Assembly: GCA_050230475.1 (NCBI GenBank)
Contig: JBFLGF010000032.1
Location: forward strand, 1-64,000
Direction: 5' to 3'
Source of the DNA: Ancylonema sp.
Lineage: Eukaryota
Length of the DNA: 64,000 nucleotides
In this document: piece after piece, positions 1 through 10,631 of the stretch
Position numbering within the stretch: the first letter of the stretch is position 1
Layout: the number at the start of each line of letters is the position of its first letter
Notes under the pieces: model-generated
Database searches by the model: none
Seen by the model: the letters and a program-made list of their open reading frames with translations, nothing else
What the model was told of the DNA's origin: nothing
Position numbers and translations under genes: made by a program

Positions 1-562
1 TTATCATAGTACTTTATTGATCGTAACAGCTATTTATGCACAGAACCCTGATAACGCAAAGCCTAAAACACCATATACTCCAAATCTACATCCCTATTTC
101 ACCCTGAGTCTATGTACCCCCTGAAGCCATTCAACTCCCGCATCTATTGACCCGACTGTCTGAAGTCAGATACTGCCATGACTGTTTTTAGACAATACCC
201 CACTATCCGGTAACCTGCTATCCGCTTACAAGTTGGAGATTCTAACAACAACATGAGCTCCTTCTCATGCCCCAATATGTACAACATAAATTTGACTTAT
301 GTACAGCGAAGACTTTCACGAAGCTGATCTCACCACTAGATGGACGCAGCATACTACAACTCTCTGCCTCTCCATAAGGCTCCCGCCAAATCCTCCTTCA
401 CCTCCGGAATCTAACTCAGGGTTTTGTAACAGACTGACGTTTAACACCCTCGACAAATATAGTTGATATACAAATCATCAGGTGAGGCCAAGCTTTTAGA
501 AATCCAAAGCATGTCCCGGCACACCACCGGCGCGGTTGATTCCGACCAAGAAGGCGGAAGTC

Positions 563-1183
563 CTAAACCTTGCAAGTGCAGTGTGCCAGAGCTGGTTGAC
601 GACCAGTGTGAGTTAAGAAGAGAGACGAGCACTGTGCAAAAGCGGGCGACGCTCCCACCTCCACTCGCACGTTGTTCAGCAGCCTCGGGCCACCCGTGGA
701 CATCTTCATGACGTGATACAAGCACCTTGAAAACGACATCCAGCATACCACGTGGTATAAGAGGGTGAATGAATCGCCCCTTCTGTTCCAATGGTTCCAG
801 CCATCCTGCCAGCTATTGCCCCAATTGTTGCCCCAGCCCATGCCGCCGTTCGAGTCCCCAGAGCCTCCGCTCGGTCCATACGGTCCCCCGCCATCCATTC
901 CACCGTCGTCATCGCCCCCGTTCCCTCCGCCGCCGGAACGTCGGACAGCCCTGTGCTGCTTTAAAGGTGCAGCAGCTGGCGCGACTCTGTAACACGAGGG
1001 TCGGACCGGAGGCGGAGCTACGGCATCCTGCACTGACTGTCCAGAGACATACGTGCCAGTTGCCGCGCCCGCACTGGCGCTGCAAACTGCAGAGATGGCT
1101 CTAATTTCATCACAACGAATGACAGCAGTACCACATCTGAGCAACGCACAAGTCATTCCGCTGAAATCTGTTAGCGTCGACAT
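563..1183 (-). CDS. Uncharacterised Gly-rich plant protein, possibly organelle-targeted
   Basis: Single ORF from ATG 1183 to stop 563. Ser/Ala-rich N-terminus, G/D/N/W-rich middle (GGGGNGGDDDGG...WGNNWGNSW) and a hydrophobic motif DSFTLLYHVVCWMSFSRCLYHVMK, which resembles from memory a motif in conserved uncharacterised land-plant Gly-rich proteins. Start codon uncertain. Confidence 0.55.
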   Translation of the reverse strand: MSTLTDFSGMTCALLRCGTAVIRCDEIRAISAVCSASAGAATGTYVSGQSVQDAVAPPPVRPSCYRVAPAAAPLKQHRAVRRSGGGGNGGDDDGGMDGGGPYGPSGGSGDSNGGMGWGNNWGNSWQDGWNHWNRRGDSFTLLYHVVCWMSFSRCLYHVMKMSTGGPRLLNNVRVEVGASPAFAQCSSLFLTHTGRQPALAHCTCKV

Positions 1184-1894
1184 GGAGTGGATGGAAAGTT
1201 CCACGAAGGCAACACCTCGGAAGCCGCCTCCTCCTACGTTCCGGCAAGCGGGTACCACTGACAACAGAAACTGAGGCAGGGTAGGCAAGGTAGATTATGT
1301 GTCTGAGGTGTGAGGTGGTGCCTTTTAACCAAAAAAAACTCATCAGCGCTTCGTTTCCTGCTGGTTGGGACGACGCGTGGCAAGGGCCCGGCTGTTGGAT
1401 GGCGCTGCACGGGATGTCGACGTGGAAAGGAGAATAGCGCCAGGGGGTGGAGCCACACCAATCAGAATGCAGGTTGAGAATTCGAACGTAACATTTGGCG
1501 CACGACAACCGGCAAAATACCATGAATCTGATCGCCGGCAGAATGAACGAAATAATGGCTCCTGAAGAATGTCAGAAGGCACGTGGCACGTGTTGAGTCA
1601 GACAGGACCGTACTGCTGAACCACGAATGCTGTACGGCATACTTCACACACAAGCCCCGCTGCGAAGGGGTTGGTGCTGAATTGGCCCACAGCTGGAGTC
1701 ATAGTCCGATAAACTGTTATATCTGCACGATTTCTCGTGTGACACTGTATTTCATCGCTTTTAGAACCCGATCGAAACCGTCCTCATGTGACGTAGGAGT
1801 GGTCCTACGCTGCTGCTATGCGCGTGTCTCATGACGTCGCTGACAGGCTTCAGCGGCAACTTTCTCAAATCTGGTAGTGTTGTCCTTCCTACAC

Positions 1895-3173
1895 ATGACA
1901 GCTACATTTCTTCCATATTTTTCTCAGGCCCCTGGACACTACTGCCATTCCAGGCGGTTGGTGAAAAACTCCGTCGCCTCTCTTCCGCCTCGACCCTCGT
2001 TTTACCGAGTATCGCCGATTGCTGTTTCTTCGCAGCTGCATGAGGGGGGTTTGCGGCGCTGCGGTGGGGGCTGGGGTGGATGTGACGACGATGGGAGGGT
2101 CAGCATCCACGGACACGGCAGCAGCGGAAGATGGCGGTTGCAGATGAGCCGTCGGGAAGGCCTATGGCGAGCCCGAAACATGGCTGTTGAAGTGGTGGAG
2201 GTCGTACAAGCGCTCAAGCGAACGAAAGGGGACGAGACGAAGATCGCTGAGATTATGGAGGGGAAGGGGGCCCGGCTCATGAAATCTGATCTTCTGGCCG
2301 TTCTAGAGGAGCTTCAGAGACAGGGAATGTGGTTTCTAGCGCACAAGGTGAGGGGGTTTCTCATCGGGAATGATTGTTGCACGAGATCACATCATTGTGT
2401 TTTTCCGGCCAACCTCTTGTTCGGTGATAGCTTCGTCAACCATGTGTGCCTTCAAGGATGACGGCACGTGGCATATAGAACGCATTTTTCAAGTGAATGG
2501 AGTGTAGGTTTCTGGGTCACAGACATCTTTGGGCTCTATTCCTTCCCTAATTGACGTTAGGTTGACCTCATTTTGTCGTATCCAATCAGGGATGCGTCTT
2601 CATGGGCTCCGCCCATCTCTACCGAAATAATAAGAAATAAGAAATAAATAAATAATAATAATAAATAATGAATCAACTCAATTCCTCAATTCTATATTTG
2701 AAGTATCGATTCGCGGAGATTTTATGATGCTTGTCAAACATAATCATTTTCATGTGCAAAAGTGGAATTCGTGCTCTTCGCAGGTATTCGAATCAGTTTT
2801 GGATGAGGTTTGGTACCAACCCGACACCTCTCTATACGCCAAAATGATTGATTGCCTCGGAAAGTGCGACGAGCCTCAACAAGCGCAAGCCTTGTTCGAC
2901 AGAATGGAAGTCGAGGGATTACGCCCCGTGCAAAGTAATTATACTGCTCTCATTGGTGCCTATTGCCTAGCGGGTGACTATAGCAAGGGAATTGAGCTCC
3001 TCCGAGAAATGCAATCCAAAGGGATTACGCCAACTGGGTATACTTACGAGCGGATCATCCAAGGGTGTAGGGACCATGGAGCATTTGAATTGGGAGAGGA
3101 GATGGAGAGAGAGAAGGAAGAAGTGGTCGGAGACTTTGAGAAGCCTCTCATTATCACGAGGAAGAAAGGATAG
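1895..3173 (+). CDS. Short PPR protein, THA8/THA8-like family; exons 1895-2347 and 2784-3173
   Basis: Phase-0 intron AAG|GTGAGG...TCGCAG|GTA joins LWRARNMAVEVVEVVQALKR..RLMKSDLLAVLEELQRQGMWFLAHK to VFESVLDEVWYQPDTSLYAKMIDCLGK, followed by PPR repeats (NYTALIGAYCLAGDYSKGIELLREMQSKGITP). This matches the THA8-family pattern RLLK.D..AV..EL.RQ....LA.K.F......WY.P. Confidence 0.85.
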
Positions 3174-4130
3174 TGCTGCTTGTTTGGGAGAGTATGAATT
3201 TCACCTTGACATCGTCAATTGATGTGTTTTTTGGAGTGGAGTGTGGGTAAGTTGGAAGATCATGTAATTATATGTCCCTTAGCAAGTAAACATTTTTATT
3301 TGTTCATTTGCTTCTTTGGGATAATCAGAAACATTGGTCCTTTGTTGTGCTGGTATTGGCCCACATCTGGTCGGATTATTGCGGATCACGTTCGGATCGT
3401 ATGGTCGGAGTGATTCTCGTGAGAACATGATAAAAACATGATATATGGACAAAAGTTGATCACTACTCAACTATGCTTATGATGTTGTTTTTATGTATTT
3501 GAATTATTTATGATTTATTAATCATGATTTTCGGTGGTCTTTGTGAGTATTGATCCATGCATTACAAATCATTGTTGGTTGTTGATCATTGTTGCTTATA
3601 CACTTCACCCTCCAAGTAGCCTTATTTTATGATTGTCACTCGTAGGCGCGGCTTAGATTGCCAACCAAAGTCTATTTTTTATGAGTTGTCTAATGGGTTT
3701 CTTGTGGATTTAACCTATGCATCCTGATTATCTGTAAGTGCATTGGCTTAAATTAACGATATTGTTTAGTTATACTTGGCTGTCTAGCTTTAAGAAATGT
3801 TAGGTGCGGTATAATTGCTGTGTGCAATCATAAGCGCGGCACGCACACCTTTAGGCGCGATATCTCTATTGAATGTGCTCGTTGCCAAAGCTTTCTTATT
3901 TGACCAGAAAAGAAGAAATTACCTAAAACGTAGAAATAACTTCAAGATAAAAATAAAAAATGCCGACGTTGTTGTTGGGATAATTGTTATTAATTAGCTC
4001 TCTATGAAGAGCTAAGTTATGCATTCGTTCGTCATTCTTTCGGTCTGTGCTGTTTCCGTACGTACGGCTATACTTTTTTTTATTTTTTTGGACGATGGAT
4101 GGTGACGTGTCGTCCCGTGATTGGTTGTTG

Positions 4131-4163
<33 letters not shown>

Positions 4164-4813
4164 GCGTGCGATTTTCCTTGTTTTTGAGGGTTACGATGTG
4201 GTCGTAAGTGAGGGGCCACCACTTACTCCACTTGGGAAAAAAAAACGTTTAAAACATTAAATTTGATGTCTTAGGCCCCCTTACTACAACCTGGGATTCC
4301 TTATGAATATTTTCTATACCCCTCATCCTTGTAGGATGTGCGTTATGTGTCGCAAGAGTATTGGTGATTATCATAACGATCATAACGATTGAACTCCAAT
4401 ACTCTAGTTCACATAGGTTGTAATTCATTTATGAAGGAAAACGAACGAATATTTCGATCTAGTTAATTAAAGCGAGCGAGCGAGTAAGCACTGTAGCTCA
4501 AACTCTATTCATTTTGGACTATGTATTTTATCTGACACACTTCTTTAAAAGAGAAAAAAAAACCAACAACTTTAACAAATATACAAATCTAATTTTCAAA
4601 CGACCATACACCGATAAATACTCTCCATTGTCTAAGAAACGGAGAACTAAATATCAATTATATGGCATCTTGGGTGTTAAGTATATGGTTCAGAAATTAT
4701 GATGTGGTTTTCACCCCATCATCCCTTTCATCATGACCAACCTTATTTACACCCAAGTACATCCATGACTCAAATTTAACCCCAAACCCCCCCAAAAAAT
4801 CTCCAACAAATCT

Positions 4814-5590
4814 TTAGTTTATGTCTAGCAATAAAGGCATGTGGTCACTATAGTATGTTGTTCGGACCCCGCGGAAATGTTGAATGTTGTTATCTGTTAT
4901 CCATATGTGATCCAAAATGGAGTTGTAAATTGTTGTTTGTGTATTCACGAGTTGTTTCAACTTTAGCTTTTGTAAGCCTTCCTTATATTGTCGTGTAAGT
5001 GGGTCGTTGTTTTCATTTGTAAGGTCTATATTTGCGTCTCCGATGATGATAAATATATTATTTTTTTGTTGTGGGTTTTTCATTATTGTTTCTATTGAGG
5101 CAATGAAGTTTGCTATTGTTTTTGGTGATGGTTGTTGATAGTATAATATGATAGAGAACGGTAAAGATTTCGATTGAAAAAACATGTGCATGAGTTCGAA
5201 TTCTTCACTAACTATATTTGGACTTATGTTGTGATTCTTTTTTGTGTATGCCCTTAGTCCTCTCTGAGTGTTCCAACCATGACTTACCATCGGTATTTTG
5301 AAATTTTTAATCGCGTAGTTGTCGTTTTTATTTTGTGTAGTGGAAGTCCAAGTTTCACAGAATAGTAACACATCAGCACTTTAGAATTCTCGATTACATT
5401 TTATTTCTTAAAAAAAAATGCGATTAGATCTCACATTTTGGTACATGATTCGAAGTTTGGGTTTTGGTAGTTCTTCTATTGGTTGGCAAAGAAGCGCAAG
5501 TCGTCGAGTAGTTCGAAGCCTTCGCATTTCAAGAACAACTTCGTTTTTCACATTTATTGACCTTTCATTGAGGTTTATTATGGAGATTTT
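4814..5590 (-). pseudogene. AP-like (EEP family) endonuclease domain at the C-terminus of the RepHel protein, frameshifted
   Basis: EMRRLR..RIMYQNVRS (5408-5590), then FCETW, IIIGDANID, TT..SILDHIW and YYSDHMP (4814-5371): the standard EEP catalytic motifs. Confidence 0.88.
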
Positions 5591-5593
5591 TNA

Positions 5594-5747
5594 GTTGCAT
5601 ACCGATTGGAGTTGCCTGTGCATCTGAAAATTCACAATGTTTTTCATGTGAGTTTGTTGCGGCGTTTTGTAGCGGGCAGGTCGGTGGTTCTGCCCCCGGT
5701 GCCCGTGGAGGTAAATGTTGAGTACGAGATCGAGAAACTCCTCAGCA
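5594..5747 (+). mobile_element. Ty3/gypsy chromovirus integrase C-terminal fragment (GPY/F region and start of chromodomain)
   Basis: Manual translation from 5594: VAYRLELPVHLKIHNVFHVSLLRRFVAGRSVVLPPVPVEVNVEYEIEKLL. Confidence 0.85.
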
Positions 5748-7243
5748 ATGGGGTTCTAATATAAATATACAATTCTGCCCCGATCACTACGCGGTTGCAA
5801 CATACATTGTGTCTTACATGTGTTAAGGAACGAAAGGTTTGAGCAAAATCATGGACCAAGCTTGCAAAGAAGCCGCGGCGGGAAACAAAACGTTGTGTCA
5901 ACAAATCCACAAAATTGGAAATGCTTTCTTTCAAGCTCATCAAACTAGTGCTCAAAAAGCTGTTTACTTACTTTTAGGGCTTCCGATGCGAATGTGTTCC
6001 AGAAGCGTTATCTTTGTTCCAACAGGACCGAAAAGCGAAAGGATTGTGACGCTCAAAACTTCGGAACAAATAAGAAACAAGAGTGATGATGATACGGATG
6101 TCGTGAACCCTAAGGCACTCATTTCAAAGTACGAAAATAGACCAAATTCACTATTGCACTTATGTTACGCGGACTTTTCATCCATGTACGATCAAACAAG
6201 GGAATATATACCTAAACCTCAAGACATGGAAAACATGGAAGACGTTATCATGCACAATGATGACAATGACAATGAATATGAGACAACGGAACCAAACAAA
6301 AAAGCACAAGATGGTCCCGATGAGTCAACCCCTCCTCGATAATACCATAGAATAAAAAAAAAACATGTCATTCGATCCGTTAATTACAACAAAAATACCG
6401 GCATCAATCATTATTGCCGAGAAAAATCAATTATTGCCGAGAACAACTCGTGTTATACATTCCGTGGAGCAAAGAAGATATATCTTTTCCGGATGGCAAA
6501 ATTTATGAACAAGACTTCATCGAGAACATAGATGAAATTAAAAAAAAAACATTCAACGTATCGATTGGGATGACATTGCCACAAAAGTAACACAAAACAT
6601 TCATGATGAAATGGAAGATTCGAGTACCAACACTTCAAATAACGAACAATGGGAAAATGAAGCTGATCAAGAAGTGGATAATTATGGAAATGTAACCAAT
6701 GAAAACATTCCCAAAAACAAATCGACTTATTCACGGATAAAGGAAACCGCAACACAAGAGGAATATTACAGAACAATGAGAACTCTAAATTCCAAACAGA
6801 AAGCACTATATGATCATTGTATGAGGGCGGCTACATCTTCCGAACAAATGCTTATATTTATTACGGGAGGTACTGGAGTAGGAAAATCCGTTCTAATGCG
6901 TGCACTTCACGAAGGCTTAACAAGATACTATTCTCACTTACAAGGAAGCACACCGGATCTCATCAAAGTTTTAAAAATGGCATTTACCGGATCAGCCGCA
7001 TTTAACATCGGTGGCGTAACTATTTATAAAGGATTAAAAATACCAATCGATAATAGTTGTGTTCCTTTAATAACCGACAACTTAAGTACCATGAAATCGA
7101 CATACAAAGATCTTCAAGTTATTTTACTAGATGAAGTATCGTTGATAGGTAATAATCTATGGCAAGCTATCGACAAACGTTTACGTGATCTAAAAAACCC
7201 GGACATTCCATTTGGAAACTTACACGTTATTGCGATAGGTGAT
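5748..7243 (+). pseudogene. Inverted RepHel segment: Rep motif 3 through PIF1 helicase motifs I-III
   Basis: IQFCPDHYAVATYIVSYMC*; SAQKAVYLLLGLPMRMCSRSVIFVPT; FITGGTGVGKS (Walker A); MAFTGSAAFNIGGVTI; ILLDEVSLIG (Walker B); PFGNLHVIAIGD. Contains stops and frameshifts and lies between N gaps. Confidence 0.9.
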
Positions 7244-7244
7244 N

Positions 7245-8405
7245 ATGTGAATGGTACAATATCTCCTTGTGTCAAAGTTGGAAGAACCTCGGATATTTTC
7301 TTCATGTTTTCTTTTGGTTTATTGCCATAAGTGATTTTTCCCGCTTCGGTGAATTGGCTTAATATACATGTTGTCTTCATTGGAGGTTGTGGATAGTTGA
7401 ATCGACATGACGTGGATTTGTTCTTCTTCTGATGGCAACTGGTTGGTCGACATGTTTGAGTTTGTCCTTTTATAAGGTCGCTTGATACACGAGTTTTTGA
7501 ACAAGTAATGAATTGGTCTATGAAGGAACAAATTTTCTCGTTATGGTTGATGTTATCAAATTGTCCAAATAGTTTCTCGAAATCGTCCACGTAAGCCATC
7601 ATGTGGATATGATAACCTCTTTGTTGGAACTCAACGACTTGAAAGTCATCCACCATTCCTCCGATAATTTCTTTACATTGTTCCAAAACTGATTTTGTGA
7701 AGACCTCGACTCTACGACTAAACTAGCGTGCGCATGTAATAGGATCGGATCATATGAGACGACAAACAGTAAGCGTTGTTAGTTTCACTGCCTCTTCGAG
7801 GGATATGTCAATTCCTTCTACGGTTTTAGCAAGTATGACCCTTTCCAAAATCCATCCATCCATTTTGTGTCCGCCATTGAGAAAGAAAGGAAGAAAGTTG
7901 GTTTTCCAAGTTGACGTAAAGTGGCAAACAAATCCTTTTTGGCTTGCAACCAATATTGTGGAGAATTTTGAATTCGGGAAACACGACGTCGTCTTTAGCT
8001 AGGGAGTTTAGATCCGCTTTGTTCCTTATAGTGCCCGCGTTAAGTGTTGCACCGTTTGGTTGTTTCGTTATCCGTAACTTGACCATCATGATGTCACGTA
8101 ATTTTTCTCTTTGCATTTTATTAAATTTGAAGAAAATATTTGGAACACACAAAGCCACACGTTTATCTTTTGCTCTCAATTCCCACCGTCGTTCGTCTGC
8201 TCTTGTTATTTCAATCTTACGATCTTTTATTGCCGTATTTGCTTGTCCCGCGAATATGGTAGGAAAACTTAAAACCTCGGCCGGAAATCCGGCCACACGT
8301 CTATCTTTTGCTCTCAATTCCCACCGTCGTTCGTCTGCTCTTGTTATTTAAATTTTACGATATTTTAATGCCGTCTTTGCTTGTCCCGCGAATATGGTAG
8401 GAAAA
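7245..8405 (-). pseudogene. Second, degraded copy of the Rep region (paralog of about 9190-10210) with an internal tandem duplication of about 140 bp
   Basis: Near-identical to 9190-10210 (VVEFQQRG-HIH, CRFNYPQPPM) with small deletions; 8292-8405 repeats 8153-8267. Bounded by N at 7244 and 8406. Confidence 0.85.
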
Positions 8406-8406
8406 N

Positions 8407-10617
8407 ACACTCTTGTTTCTTATTTAATCCGGAGTTTGGAGCGTCACAATCCTTTCGCTTTTCGGTCCTGTTGGAACAAAGATAACGCTTCTGGAACACA
8501 TTCGCATCGGAAGCCCTAAAAGTAAGTAAACGGCTTCTTAAGCACTAGTTTGATGAGCTTGAAAGAAAGCATTTCCATTTTTGTGAATTTGTTGGCACAA
8601 TGTTTTGTTTCCCGCCGCGGCTTCTTTGCAAGCTTGGTCCATGATTTTGCTCAACCCTTTCGTTCCTTTACACATGTAAGACACGATGTATGTTGCAACC
8701 GCGTAGTGATCGGGGCAGAATTGTATATCCACATTAGAACGCCATACCTCTAAACATTTTGCGTTGTAAGCATTTATGAATAATTCATTTGTTGCTCTCT
8801 TTATGAACACGGTTGTGATTTGAATGGATGACGTGCACCACTGGCACGTCCATGACCACCCACATCTCCCCCACGTAGAATCCCAGTTCCAGTCCGTTTA
8901 CATCACCCTCCTCCCCCACCCCCATTGACAACATCTGACGTGGGTAGCTAGGGCTAAAGAACTCCTCATCTCCCCTTCCTAGCGTGTCCTCAAACTCAGC
9001 AGCCCTCCCCCTTGGTGGCCCTGGTACTGCCATGGCCAACCCCTGAGTACGCCATTTTTCGTTGTAAGCATTTATGAATATTTCATTTGTTGCTCTCTTT
9101 ATGAACACGGTTGTTCTTTGAATAGAACTACGAATCGCTAGGATGTAGTCATCTTTCGAGATGCCAAGTGTGTCTATGAATTCCGCGAATGTGAAAGGTA
9201 CAATATCTCCTTGTGTCAAAGTTAGAAGTACCTCGGATATTTTCTTCATGTTTTCTTTTGGTTTATTGCCACAAGTGATTTTTCCCGCATCGGTGAATTG
9301 GCTTAATATACATGTTGTCTCCATTGGAGGTTGTGGATAGTTGAATCGACATGACGTGGATTTGTTTTTCTTCCGATGACAACTTGTTGGTCGACATGTG
9401 TGAGTTTGTACTTTTATAAGTTCGCTTGATACACGAGTTTTTGAACAAGTAATAAATTGATCTATGAAGGAACATTTTTTCTCGTAATGGTTGATGTCAT
9501 CAAATTGTCCGAATAGTTTTTCGAAATTGTCCACGTAAGCCATCATGTGGATATGTGGAGAACCTCTTTGTTGGAACTCAACGACTTGAAAGTAATCCAC
9601 CGCTCCTCCAATAACTTCTTTACGTTGTTCCAAAACTGATTTTGTGAAGACCTCGACTCTACGACTAAAGTAGCGTGCGCATGTAATAGGATCGGATCGT
9701 ACGAGACGACAAACAGTAGACGTTGTTAGTTTCGTTGCCTCTTCGAGGGTTATGTTAATTCCATCTACGGTTTTAGCAAGTATGACCCTTAAATCCATCC
9801 ATTTTGTGTCCACCATTGAGAAAGAAAGAAAGAAAGAAAGTTTTCCAAGTTGACGTAAAGTGGCAAACAAATCCTTTTTGGCTTGCAACCAATATTGTGG
9901 GGATCCCCGTAGAATTTTGAATTCGGGAAACACAACGTCGTCTTTGGCTAGGGAGTTTAGATCCGCTTTGTTCCTTAAAGTGCCCGCGTTAATTATTGCA
10001 CCGTTTGGTTGTTTCTTTATCCGTAACTTGATCATCATGATGTCACGTAATTGTTCTCTTTGCATTTTATGAAATCTGAAGAAAATATTTGGAACACACA
10101 AAGCCACACGTCTATTTTTTGCTCTCAATTCCCACCGTCGTTCATCTGCTCTTGTTATTTCAATTTTACGATCTTTTAATGCCGTCTTTGCTTGTCCCGC
10201 AAATATGGTAGGAAAACTTAAAATCTCGGCGTGTTGTTCTTGTAGTATATTTTCCGGAAATCTACCTTCACCGGGTGCAAGGATCATTTTTCCGTTCATT
10301 TCCGGAACTTCGTCTCGCATTATCAATGTATCTAAGTTTCCGGCATTGTCTTCCGAATCTAAGTTTCCTTGATTTTCAATATCCATTGTTTGGTCATCAT
10401 CGTCATCATCTTGTGAAGTTAGAAGTAATGATAGGTCCGGAATTTCCATGTCTGAGTTTTTTTCGGTCATATCTTGTATTACAAGTTTGATGAAGATGTC
10501 CATTCGTTTCATTCTCTCGAGTCCTTGCATTTTTTCATCATCGATCGTGGTTGTTCTCCATAATTCACTATTCGTACATAACCATCTTAAGGCTTGCTGG
10601 ATAGCATCTTCGTACAC
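8407..10617 (-). pseudogene. Helentron Rep (HUH) domain, interrupted by a 236-bp insertion
   Basis: LAPGEGRFP, LSFPTIFAG, LRGSPQYW..AKKDLFATLRQLGK..FFLSFS (motif 1), DPITCARYF, VEFQQRGSPHIH (motif 2, with Ser rather than the Leu of Helitron1), YIVSYMCK (motif 3). Confidence 0.92.
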
Positions 10618-10631
10618 ATTTGACTTGTCCC

